The notes under the pieces: model-generated
The model's input: only the letters and a program-made list of their open reading frames with translations
Database searches by the model: none
Told to the model about the DNA's origin: nothing
Origin: Nageia nagi
Lineage: Eukaryota; Plantae; Pinophyta
Direction of reading: 5' to 3'
Assembly: GCA_050084985.1 (NCBI GenBank)
Contig: JBITNC010000001.1
Coordinates: 215,884,001 to 215,948,000 of the forward strand
DNA: 64,000 bases
Part shown: piece after piece, positions 13,207 to 24,340 of the stretch
How positions within the stretch are numbered: position 1 is the stretch's first letter
Layout: every line of letters starts with the position of its first letter
Made by a program: the position numbers and the translations under genes

Positions 13207-14353
13207 TGTGATATTCCAAATGAACACTTGTGCCAAACGCACTTAACAAGACACAACTAGGATTTTCTCAAACCCTCAACTCCACACCCATAACACAACG
13301 TTGGCCCTCTAGAGCACAATCACACATCCAAGGCTGATGTCAGTCCTCATAGGGTTTCAATGACACCCAAGATCCAACGAATAATCATAATGACACATAT
13401 GCAATGCTACAACATCAACGGACCATATACACTAGAAACCCAACATAAACAAGGGCTAACCCCAATCACATGCACAAGTACACCAATCGCACAACACAAT
13501 GAGACAATAGACTTTATTGATGATCACCCAAATGTGCCCTAAGGCCAATACAATAATAGCTGAATACAATGTCACACAATCGGAACCATGCGACAGACTA
13601 ATCCCCTCAGAACTCAAATCCACTCTTGCAAAGGAGTCTCCTCAAATCCTGGTAAACCATTGAAGGTAGGGATTGGCCCTCGAATGCCACCGGATGGGTT
13701 AGATGCTCCACCTCACCGTAGATGTTCGGGATCCCTCAGCCCTAACACCCTCTAAACGTTTTGTCTAGGAAGATTCACTCAGCACCGCCAAGCTCAAGTA
13801 GTCACACAGATCAGAAGTAGCAATATGCAATATCAATAATTCGGCTAACTGCAAATGAGCTCCCATCAAGTATTTATAAGCTCCAGTCAAATAGTCCACC
13901 TCGAAATCACCATAAGACCTTCTATTCCAATGTTGGGCATTTGGAGGGCCCAGTGACTTAACACACCATCCCGAAGTGTCAATGCAGGAATATAAGCCAT
14001 AAGTGCCAACATGGAGTCCCAGTCACTCCTGAAATCCAACGTGGGGTTCCTAGAAGCCTAGTAAGCCAACGTGGAGGTGTGGGGCCCTTCCAAAGGTGAT
14101 CCAAGCATGAAGTCTGGTCTAGAATGCTATAGCTCATCGGGATTCCCACAACTCAGGATCTCCAACCTACTAAATATCAACATGACTCCTTAAGAGAGAG
14201 ACGTCCCATTAGGGGCTCACAGGTGGGGTCCACATGACCCAGTATGTCTCTTGTCTTAAGCTACAACATAAACATGACTACATACAAGGGATATCTCTAA
14301 GATATCTACTTGATAGATACAAATTGGCACTAAAGTACAAAAGGAATACCACA
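13207..14353 (-). mobile_element. Solo LTR (about 1.15 kb) nested in copy A
   Basis: Termini TGTGATATTCC / GGAATACCACA (10/11 inverted match) and internal CTTATAAATAC..CTCATTTG promoter signature. TSD is poor (ccaaa/ccggc). Confidence 0.7.
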
Positions 14354-14524
14354 CCGGCCTTAAGGATGCATGCTCTTCGTGCGTTGGTTTTTCCGGCTCC
14401 CCTACTCATTCGTCTTGACCCTGACGCTCATCCTGAGACCTGAACTTGCCTGATTTTTGCTCTTTCTGGTGCCCAACCTTGTCAAATTTGATCATTATGC
14501 CCAACTTGGACACCCCCAAGTCAA

Positions 14525-15265
14525 GCGCATAATTCAAAAAGACAAGATTTTGTCTTTTTGATACATGCGCCCAACTCTCCAGCTCTCCCAATTTGAGCAC
14601 ATGCTCCAAAAAAACAAGATTTTGTCTTCCTAAGGCATGTGCTGGGTTGTAGATGCCCAGATTTGTTGTGTTTCGGTTTCTTGCTCTCCTGATTTTCATG
14701 ATTTGCTCATCCTAAAGGCTCTCTGGGTTTGGCGCATGGTTCAAAAAGTCAAGATCTTGTCTCTTGAAATCATGTGCCAACCCTTCTGGTCCTGTTGGAG
14801 CTGGTTTTGGGCTTCGAGGCTCCATGCCTTAGCTAAATTTCATTTTTTGAACAATCTGGATGCCTCTTTGGCTTGGGTGCATAACCCCAAAAGACAAGAT
14901 TTTGTCTTATTTAGGCATGCACCAGCCTCTTGGATGCTTTAAGTTCACTTTTTCATCCTCGAACTCATCCTGTGAGGCCTTCCAACTTGAGTGCATGGTT
15001 CAAAAAGACAAGATTTTGTCTTTTGAAATCATGCGCCAACCTTAGAGTGTCTTTAACTTGTCTTCTTCATGCTCCGTCTTGGTCCAGGCTGCTCCCTAAC
15101 CCTAGCACATGCTCCAAAAAGACAAGATTTTGTCTTTTGGGGGCATGCACTGGGCCTCAAAGTGGCCTAGTTTGCCTTTCTTAAGACTAGATTCTAGATT
15201 GGACGACTCCTGGGCTTGAGCGTACGTTCCAGAAAGACAAGATTTTGTCTTTTGGAGGTATGCGC
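14525..15265. repeat. Array of seven 46-bp palindromic units separated by variable spacers
   Basis: Consensus GYRCATRNTYCAAAAAGACAAGATTTTGTCTTTTGRARNCATGYRC at 14525, 14597, 14732, 14877, 14991, 15105 and 15220. Confidence 0.92.
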
Positions 15266-15953
15266 TGGGCTTCAAAGTAGCCCAATTTGACCTAACTTGG
15301 CTTCCACTCAACTTGGATTTTCCTACCTTGTCTAAGGCCAACTTTTGATTTTCCAGACTTAGCCAGTTTTTGCATTTTCAGCTTTGGTTCAACATGACTA
15401 AGACTAGGCGGATGATAAGCCTTAGGCTTAGGAGGACTTGACATGGTGACTAGGTCTTAGGAAACCTCTTGAGTTGCATGAGACAAGCACATGACACTTC
15501 ATGGACACGAGTTGTTGAGGGGTCCCCAAAATCGCTGGATTTTGGGGCATGTTGTGTTAGTCACAACACATGCCACTTCCTTGCAGAGTTTGTGGCTGAA
15601 GACACTCCAAATGATCAAATTTCAAAAGTTTGAAAGAAAATGAATATTCAACAAATCCGAATTTCACTAGTATGCTTATATTACTGTAAGCACAATCACA
15701 GGGTAGCCCAGCCTTTATTTGAAGGCCATAAGTGTGCAAAGAATCCATTATCATGATGCCCTTTAAATACTATAGCCAGATTTTCCTCAGGACTTAAATG
15801 AACAGAATGTAGTTATTAGAATTACAGAATAAAATGCAGCTAAATACATAGTGTAATAAATACCTCATCAGTTCTTTTATTGCATTTCTTTATAAGTGTC
15901 CTATTTATAACCACTACCGTAACCTAGAATAGAAAACATTGTAGACTTCTTAC

Positions 15954-16186
15954 AGGCTCTAGTGGCCTTGGAGGCTCCTGATGGCCAATTGTTGCTGTAC
16001 TTGACATGCCCCACACATATAAAAGCTCTTGTGTTGGCAGTCTTGTTGGATCCATATCTTTGGAAAGAGGACCAGGGCATTTAAGATTAACATCATTCCA
16101 ACCATAGCCAGTCCCACCACCGGATACGCCTTCCACAGGAGGAGGAGCCAGATATTCGGCATTGTTCTGACTGCTAGCTGGATAGG
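15954..16186 (-). CDS. Exon 2 (233 nt) of a host DUF4091 / glycoside hydrolase 123-like gene (At1g45150-like)
   Basis: PPVEGVSGGGTGYGWND..DPTRLPTQELLYVWGMSSTATIGHQEPPRPLEP matches the conserved N-terminus of this plant family as recalled. Bounded by ttacag| and |gtaaga; phase 1 in, phase 0 out. Confidence 0.85.
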
Positions 16187-18084
16187 CTGTAAGCAATACA
16201 TATAAACAAGTAAGAATCCGAATAAGAAACACAATTTCCTGGACTGTAAATGTTTAAAGATCATGAAACTTGATAAATCATAAAAGTCAAGTTCAAGTGT
16301 TTTTGTACTAGAGAGATTCAGTGCTTTACTTCCTAGTAATATTTAGTAATTTTCATAACTAAATGCACCACTCGTGAACCTCCTCAAATAAGCATATATA
16401 TTTTAATACTCTTGTTGATAACGGCTGTGAACACAATTTCAATGAAGTGCCCTTTCAAAAATCCAGGAACATAGTTGCTTAAAGAAAAACATCATAATCA
16501 GCTAATGTAAGCAAAATTTAAAGCAATTTAACAGACAAGCAACAACAAGGAATGTTTATATTTTGGATTATAAGAAGACATGGATACTTGTTAAAAGACT
16601 TGGCATCATGTTGTTAGTCTTGACTTGGCTTCTGTTATAGGTATAGGTATATTTGAATCATTGGAACTTCTGTTGGTTCATTATAATCTTCAAACTGCTA
16701 ACACAGAGTGAGGTTATGTTGTAGGCCAACATGGTCAACGTAATTATTCTTTATGATATAATTTAAGATTGATCCTTGCAATAAGTGTTCTGTTTATGAA
16801 CAAAGCAAATGAATCCAAACAGGAAGAATACTATTACATGTCTTCTCGCCTTTTCAGTCCCATGTTTGATCAGGAAGATAAATATGTGTTCTGGAAGTAG
16901 TAAGTGAAGAGACATAGATGTTCTTATAGGCCAAGCATCACTAGCAACCTGAAATTTGGTGGCTAACATCCAAACAATTAAAGTGCCAACAATTTCTCAT
17001 TTCTAACAGCGCACTACCCACTATGAAATATAATTATAGCCCATCAGAGCTCTTAGCTACTACCCCTGACATGTCAATCCTCTCCTAGCATCTGGAGTAT
17101 CCTTCTCTTTACAATCAATATAAATGTCTCCATAAACTTACAATTAACTCAAATTAAATTCCTTCTTGTTTTCATTTCATCAGAAATCAAGAATGTAGCC
17201 TGTAAACAATACAATATTACTCCTTGAGTAAATAAAGTAGATGCCCACAGGTGTCTTATCCAAGTACCTTGTAATATATTACTAAGAAAGCACAAAACAT
17301 AATACCATAGTTTCACTCTCATCCAAATGACACATGTCCCTGTTATCCAACTACCTGATATATTGCTAAGAAAGCACAAATCCTAATACTAAAGTTTCAA
17401 TCTCATCCAAATTATATGTCTTCCCAACAAGTTAGATGCTTGTAAAGGGAGAGGCTTTTTTTTCAGTTCTAATTTCTGCTAAGTGTTTGAGCGGTCTGAA
17501 ATTTGATTTTACAGTTTCCATCAATAATGCACTTAATCAACCATTTTTTTCAATCCTAGTTATAATGTGGTCCAAGGAAAAACTTGTAGTAGGCATTTCC
17601 CTTTCGAATTTAAGGACATTTCTCAAAAACACTAATTTTTTAATGAAATATTGGTCAAAAAGTTTTCAACCCCTGTTTGAAAACTAAGGTCAAGCACAAT
17701 AAGATTAAAATTTTTGGTCTATCCAATACGTTGATGATAATAAACTAATTAGGATTTCATTAGTTCTTAAGAGAATCATTTAAGCTGAAAGGCAATCTCA
17801 TAATGCATCATACTGCTTATTGGGTGAATTTGTTTAAGTTCACAAGGTAAATGGAAGAAGATGCCTCTCACTGCTTATTCCAAGGTCTCCACTTACACTT
17901 TAAAAGAGTCCTTCAAGTTTGTGACCTGGTATGCTTCTTGCAACTTAGCAAAGAACTGTGCTTAAAAGATAGCAACAAGCTTGATAAGGTACACAAGATC
18001 TGAAAACCTTGATCAAGCATTCCAAGGCAAGCTAAGATTTAATGACCAGCCAGCATGCACTAAGGAGTCAACATATACCAGTTC

Positions 18085-21000
18085 ATCACAAAGTTGAGGT
18101 GAAGGCCGACATAGAGGCCATGGTAAAGGAAGAGGCAAGTCAAACAATAGAACTTAGAGTTTGAAAGACCCTTGGAAGACCTCGTTGCAAAGCTTGAGCA
18201 TGACCCTTGGAAGACCTCGTTGCAAGCTTGAGCATCATGACTACTTCCAAGAGCAATTAGGTTAAAGACTTTGCTACGGACCTCAAATGGCTGAGACAAG
18301 ATTGCATCATCACCATTTGCGAAAGACAAGAATCCCTTCCCCAAAGGGCTAGATTCTCGAGGAACGATCTTGCTACCATCGGAGACACAGATTGGCAAGA
18401 CGTTGACCCTATGCAAATGAGGGAGAAAATACGTGGGTTGCCAGTCAGTGACCTCAAACAAGACATTGTCTTCTTTTCCGGGCTCTCCCCCTATGCATTC
18501 GTTCCATTCATAGCTCCTTTTCTTGAATTGTGCATGGAGGTCGATCATCATTGGAAAAAGGGAGAGAGAATTCTTTGTGACATCAAAGGAAACATCATTA
18601 TGGACTTCATCCCCGATGCCATCAAAACGGCATTCCAATGGACTTCCGAGGGGAATTTCGAATACAGCGAAGCAAAGTCACTAGCATGCTACCAAGAGAC
18701 TCACAGGGCTGTCGTTGCACTAAAGAGTTAGATGTTGGATGAACATCATGGACTCAAGGGGAATGCTCTCATAAATGCCCCTTGTTCCAATTTCTACCCT
18801 TCAGTTGAGTTGATGCTCTTGATATTGTCTAGAATTCTCAAAAAAAAAGATGCTTCCAAATTAAGGAAAGAGTTCTTTAGCTTCATCATAGAGATTGCTA
18901 GAGGAAGGAGGATCAAGTGGAGCAAGGTGTTGAGTGACACAATTGCCGAACAATTATCATCCATGGGCACCACACGCAAATTCTACCTCAATTCATACTT
19001 GGTATACTAATGCTTCATGACAAGTATAGAGCCACAACTAAAAGGAAAGTAGCATGGATTGAGAAAGGGGCATACACAATTTGGAGATGCTACCCCAAAT
19101 GGAAGCTTGAAAGAAGATGGGATAGTTTCATCATGAAGAACGATGGATGGGAATATGCAACCTACAAGGGGCTCAAAGGAGAAATCACAATGGCTAGGAT
19201 CTCTAACTCAGCCCAAGATGCATTGAAGAAGCATGAGGACTTCTTCCTCCATCATCAACACTATTCCTATATCAGAATCCATGGGTTAGCTGTGCAACCA
19301 TATCAACTACCAAGGTTTGTGAGTAATAGAATGCTACTTATGAAGATGATGAGGCAGTTGACCTATTTCCACGAACAGATGTGGCAGAAGAAATCAGCTA
19401 CTTCAAACATACCGATTATAGTGGGTGAATATCAATGCAAGACTTTGGCAGACGTTGACACCATGAAGGAGGAGTTGGAGAGATTCAACTTCAAGAAAAT
19501 GTCTGTCGCCAATCATTATGACCCTAACCACAGCATTCACCAATTTTACATGAAGGAGAGGAAGAAAGCATATGAACATAACCCACTTAGAGAAGAACCT
19601 TTTTGGAATGTGAGCAATGACGCAGAAATGAGGAAGATTCGTGACAAAATGCACAAGGATGCCATGATCAACAATAGCTTGTTGAAGCCACTATTGACAA
19701 AAGATTGTCACAGTAGAAGGGAAGTAAACCACAAGAGTCCACCTCACAGTTGAATAACCAATCGGACAGTATGCATCAATGCATGGCAAGAATCCATTGG
19801 AACAAGAAGTACAACAAGTCCAAGACATCGTTGATGAGCATGACCTAAGAGAACTAGAATGTGTGGCCAGTGACAAGATGGTGAGGTGTGTCAAGAACAG
19901 AGAGAAGGATCCATCCCCACTATCCAAACCACCTAGAGGAGAGGCTACAGGTCCATCATCAGTTATTCCAAGATTTGGGTCTTCATCCTCTAGTCCCATG
20001 TATAGACCTGATGACAGTCAAGAGGAAGGAGAAGCAGGAGATTCAAAAGGTGAATAGGAAGTGAATGCGACACAACGTGACATCATCCCGAGTACACAGC
20101 AAGAAGACAGATCTTTAGAGATAGTGAAGGTAGTTCAAAATCCTGCTACTTCAGAAAAGGGTAACGGACCAACCTCAAAGACAGAACAGAGAAGAGCCCA
20201 ACCAAAGAGGACTTCACAACCTCGAACGACAGAGGCCTCCGAAGAACACAGTGAAGAAGAGGTGAGACCCCTGAAAAGGACCAAGAAAAGCACCACCACC
20301 CTTCAAGAAGCCATTGTTGAAACCCATCAACCGTCACGCACGGATGAATGAGGAGTTAACATGGAAGAGTGTCTGGATGTGTTTAACATGGATGCCAAGG
20401 AGGAGTTTGGAGTTAGAGAAGAAAATGATCAGATTGGAGAAAGCTCTACTCGTCCAAGTAAGAGCCAGACTTATGTACATTTGGCCAATAACGTGACCCA
20501 CATCAAGATTATAATCGCTGACAAGGACAATCCATAACGACCTGAAGATCTCAAGCATATAAACCAAATCATCAATACAGGTCCTATTGGTTTGGCTGGT
20601 CGGAAACATGCAATCATATCCAACACTGAGGCAATTACCAAAGAGGGGATGATGAAAGAGAAAGAAATAAAAATCCTCAAAAAGGAGTTGGCTACACGGA
20701 AAAGATTGACCAAAGAGTTAGAATCAGCTAAGGTACCCACGGAGGAGCTACGAAAGATAAAACCCCTCAAGAAGGAAATGATTGCAGTAAAACAAGAGGT
20801 GATCAAGGAGGTCTTGGTAGTGGGTCAACAGTTCGTTGGTGCATTACAGAGGATCACACTTGAGGAACAAAAGTTAAAAGACATTGAGGTGGAGAAGCAA
20901 GCCTTCTCAGAATTCTGGATTCCCAAAAAGCCAATGATAATAAAATTTGAGATGACACAAGACCAAAGGCTTGAAGATGTGAAGTTTTGCGAGGATTACT

Positions 21001-22574
21001 GGTTCTACTTAGGTGTTGTCAATCAGGTAGCTACTCGTTTCTAGGAGGTGCAGAAGGGAGTCGAAGCACTCAACGACAAGGCCAACACCAGCCTTGAATA
21101 GATAGATTTACAGGTCAAGTTCATAGATGATGATGCTACCATCAAAGATAAAGACCTAGTAGGGGTGAAAGTTAGACACTTCCTTCACAGCTTGATCATG
21201 ACCGATCACATCAACACCTATCAGACTAAAAGTCACCTAAGACACCTGTTGAAAGCTCATGCTTGGAAGAACGACATGCAGAGGATGATTGAAGAGGTTG
21301 GACATTGTGTTGTTGGGAACGCACCAAAGATATCAAAGATGCTGCATGGATTGGAACTTAGAACGAAATTCTTAGACGAGGATTTCAAGGGGCACGTTGA
21401 GGCTTTGGGCCCACATTCATCTTAGTCACAATTTTCATAGTTTGTTGTTTATTTCCAAGAAAGACACGTGTTTGATGAAGTATTTTTATTATATTTGTTA
21501 TTTAATTTCCCAAGCATGTGATGGATGAGGATTTGCTCCCACATGCTTGGAAGACAATTTGTAATGCCATGTGGCAATTTGTGATTTGTCCATTTGTATT
21601 TTCTCTCATTTTGAAATTAGGGTTAGGGCAACATTTAGGGTTGCCAGAAAAACTATTTATAGCCTATTTGGGATCATTTGTAAGGGATTAGACATTTTCC
21701 AATTGTGAGAGACTTAAATTTTACTTCCAAATATACAAGTTACTCCTTTTGTGAATTTGGTATGATCTCAAGCAATTGAATGGTGAATGCTCTCATTGAT
21801 GGAATCATGAACATGTGTTGAATCCTTTTGGTTGAATGATATTACTACCTTGTGTTGCTCAAGTTTACTTGGTTCATTTCATAAACCTTGTGTTGAGGTG
21901 GATGAAAGAATTTGTTGAAGACTATTTGAAGTGATCATTGAATGAGATAAGACGTGTAATGGTTCATGATTTGCATATTAGACTTGTGTCATTTGGGATG
22001 ACTACTTTTATGTTGCTTAGCGCAAGAACTTCACTCCATTGTTGATGATTCACCCACAACCTATCTTACAACCACCCTTGCCTATAGCTGCACACTCTTT
22101 GCACAAATTCATTCTCGTACTTGGCTAGTGATAAAGATAAGAAGTGCGTGGAACTTGCATCAAACCCTAAAGAAGTAGATCCCATTCCTTGCACCAGTCG
22201 GTGAGACCATATGCACTTGAGCCCGACTCATATACCATCATCTAATCTACCCTTTTTCTTTTATTTTTCACCTTTTTTTTGCATGGCTTTCGCAACCTAA
22301 TTTTCTATTTTTTGTATGAAAAAACAACCACATTCTGGAGAGACGGACCCTTCAAGTCCTTGATTAACAAATGATATTTGAGTTGGGAACAGCTTCAAAC
22401 ATCTGAACCCGTCTCCTGAGCGACCTCTCGCATAGCCCATCACAAGACCTTTGAGGTAACCAGTCCTCATAGTAGGTAGGGGTCATGCCCTATCACTTAG
22501 GTGTTGGTGTCTTTCCACAAACCCTGCAAGCTCATTTGCCCATTAGCAAGGTAGGAAAGAAAAAGCCCCCAACA
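18085..22574 (+). mobile_element. Copy B of the ORF-bearing LTR-like element (5' part missing or rearranged)
   Basis: Collinear reverse complement of copy A, ending ...AAAGCCCCCAACA at 22574 directly against copia gag. 35-bp tandem duplication at about 18167-18235 near the left junction. Confidence 0.85.
18237..21425 (+). pseudogene. Accessory ORF, about 1060 codons, with few disablements (copy B)
   Basis: MTTSKS...KFYLNSYLVY...YSYIRIHGLAVQPYQLPRFVSNRMLL...YDPNH. Then an S/T/E/P-rich linker and a coiled-coil C-terminus ending ALGPHSS*. No RT, IN, PR or zinc-knuckle motifs. Confidence 0.82.
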
Positions 22575-22967
22575 GGATCATTTGGTGATGACCATTAGCA
22601 ATGCATCATCAAGAACTCTAAATACTGATGATGTGGTAAACACATTGTTGGGAGAAGAGTTGAAGCGGAAATCATCTCTGAAACCCTCTACCAATGATGC
22701 CTTAGCAGTGAGAGGAAGATCATAGTCGAGATCTGAGTTAAAAGTATAGAAGGAGAAAGGGAAGAGTTGGCATTGTGGAAAGCCAAGACACTTGAAAAAG
22801 GATTGTTGGCATATGAAGAAGGAACAAAATGATGAAAAGCATAATCAACCGTTATTTAAGGCCAATATAGTAGAAGAGACAATAATATGTGAGGCTTTTG
22901 TATTAATAATAACATATCTATTTTAAATACTGGTTTTTGGACTTAGGTGAATCTTTCCACATGTCTC

Positions 22968-24340
22968 AATTGAGAAATTTATAAATGGAGGGCTGAAAAT
23001 CATGGAGGGATTTATTTTTGCAAGAAAGTAAGGATGATAAATCACCACCTCTAAAGGCTACAACTTCTGATAATGGCAAACTTTTTTTAAGATCCTACAC
23101 AAAATAACCAAAAAACCGGCAGAAAACAAGCGGCTAAGCCTAGTTGGAAAATTACAGGGAGCAAGACCAAATATTGATGCGATCAGGAAATGGGCGAAAT
23201 TCAAATGGAAGGTGAAAAGAAGTATGGATATCATTGCGATGCCAAACAATTAACATGTTTTAGGATTATGTCTTGAGCTCCCAATGGTTTTTTGGAACAA
23301 GAGGATTATTCATGGAAAGATGGAGGCCAAGATTCAATCCAGCGCAGACCCAACTCATGATGGCACCAATTTGGGTAACATTACCAAATCTGCCCTTTGA
23401 TCTCTGGCACTAGAAGGTCTTTGAAGGTATTGGTAACTCTTTTGAAAACTTTGTTACAGTTGATGGAGTTACAAAAGCCCGAACCAAAATGATGGCTGCC
23501 CAATTCTGTGTAATGGTAGAATTCGACCTAATATTGCTTAAATCGATTACATTGGAATCGGAAATAGGGAATTGGGAGCAAGAAATCCGATATGAAGCCA
23601 ATAACTGTGTATGCTCAATCTGTAATCAGGTTGGACACATCCTACATTCTTGCTCGACAAGTTTGGCTATGAATAATACAGTCTGACGCCCAAAGCAGAA
23701 TTTTGAAGTGGTGAACGAAGTGGTTGAGGATGGAGAAATCCAAACAGGAGAGGAAGGTGAAGAGAGAAAGACAGAAAGTGTAAATGAACTCAAAGGAAAT
23801 CCAATAGCTACCCCCAACAGAACAAACCATCCTCATGAGCCCCATGACTCCAACCCGCAAGAGGATGAATGGTTGCAGGTGACAAATAAAAACAAGAAAA
23901 ACAAGAAGATAAATACGGGGCAATCTTGGGAAACCGTACCAAAGGAAGCTCAGTTTGATAGACAGATAGTAACCCAAAGCACGCATAAAGGGTCGAAAAG
24001 GAGTCGAAACACCAAGGAAGACCAAGTGCAGGAGAGTAGAGAATTAAGGAAACAAATCAAAATGTGATTGATGGGAAGCAAGGCACTCTAGACAATTTCT
24101 AGGAAAGAGCTTCCCCGAAATCACCTATAGTAGCAGTTTGAAATTTAGGAGTTTTACATTAGTTTTATATTTATTCAGTTGCTCGTAGTTTATGTTGTAG
24201 CAAGTACAGCGACACTCAGTTGTTAGCTCTAGGAAACACATGTTACTATTGTTGAATATCTGAAATCTCTTATAAGTACAAGTTTTGGGGTCCTATTTTT
24301 TTTAAAACCCACTTTAACTTTTTACCCATAGCAAAAAAAA
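22968..24340 (+). mobile_element. ORF1-only L1-type LINE derivative with poly(A) tail and long TSD
   Basis: DUF4283-like LVGKLQGARPNIDAIRKWA, PIWVTLPNLP and knuckle CSICNQVGHILHSC. A-tail at 24333-24341. TSD atctttccacatgtctc (22951-22967) / atctttccacacgtctc (24341-24357). Confidence 0.9.

Larger units (their letters stand above)
4599..15549 (-). mobile_element. Copy A of an ORF-bearing LTR-like element (about 5.8 kb net of two nested insertions), no gag/pol
   Basis: Minus strand ends ...AAAGCCCCCATCA at 4599, the same terminus as copy B. Two TATA-like boxes (13023-13032 and 5518-5527), a long ORF, a palindrome array and a terminal hairpin at 15524-15547. 5' boundary approximate; gcatgttg occurs at both junctions (4593-4600, 15547-15554). 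Confidence 0.75.

Noticed and set aside
14525-15265. CRISPR array
   Set aside because: Eukaryotic TE context, no cas genes, degenerate repeats and irregular, partly related spacers.
15924-16232. Stand-alone secreted peptide with a signal sequence (MFLIRILTCLYVLLTA...)
   Set aside because: The apparent signal peptide is intron acceptor sequence; the conserved part is an internal exon bounded by AG/GT.
17255-17420. About 86-bp imperfect tandem duplication in intron 1
   Set aside because: Ordinary local duplication with no further structure.
17996-18005. agatc|TG as the left TSD and start of copy B (pairing with CA|ggatc)
   Set aside because: The sequence after it does not match copy A's 5' end and the left flank is not the expected copia gag, so this is likely chance.
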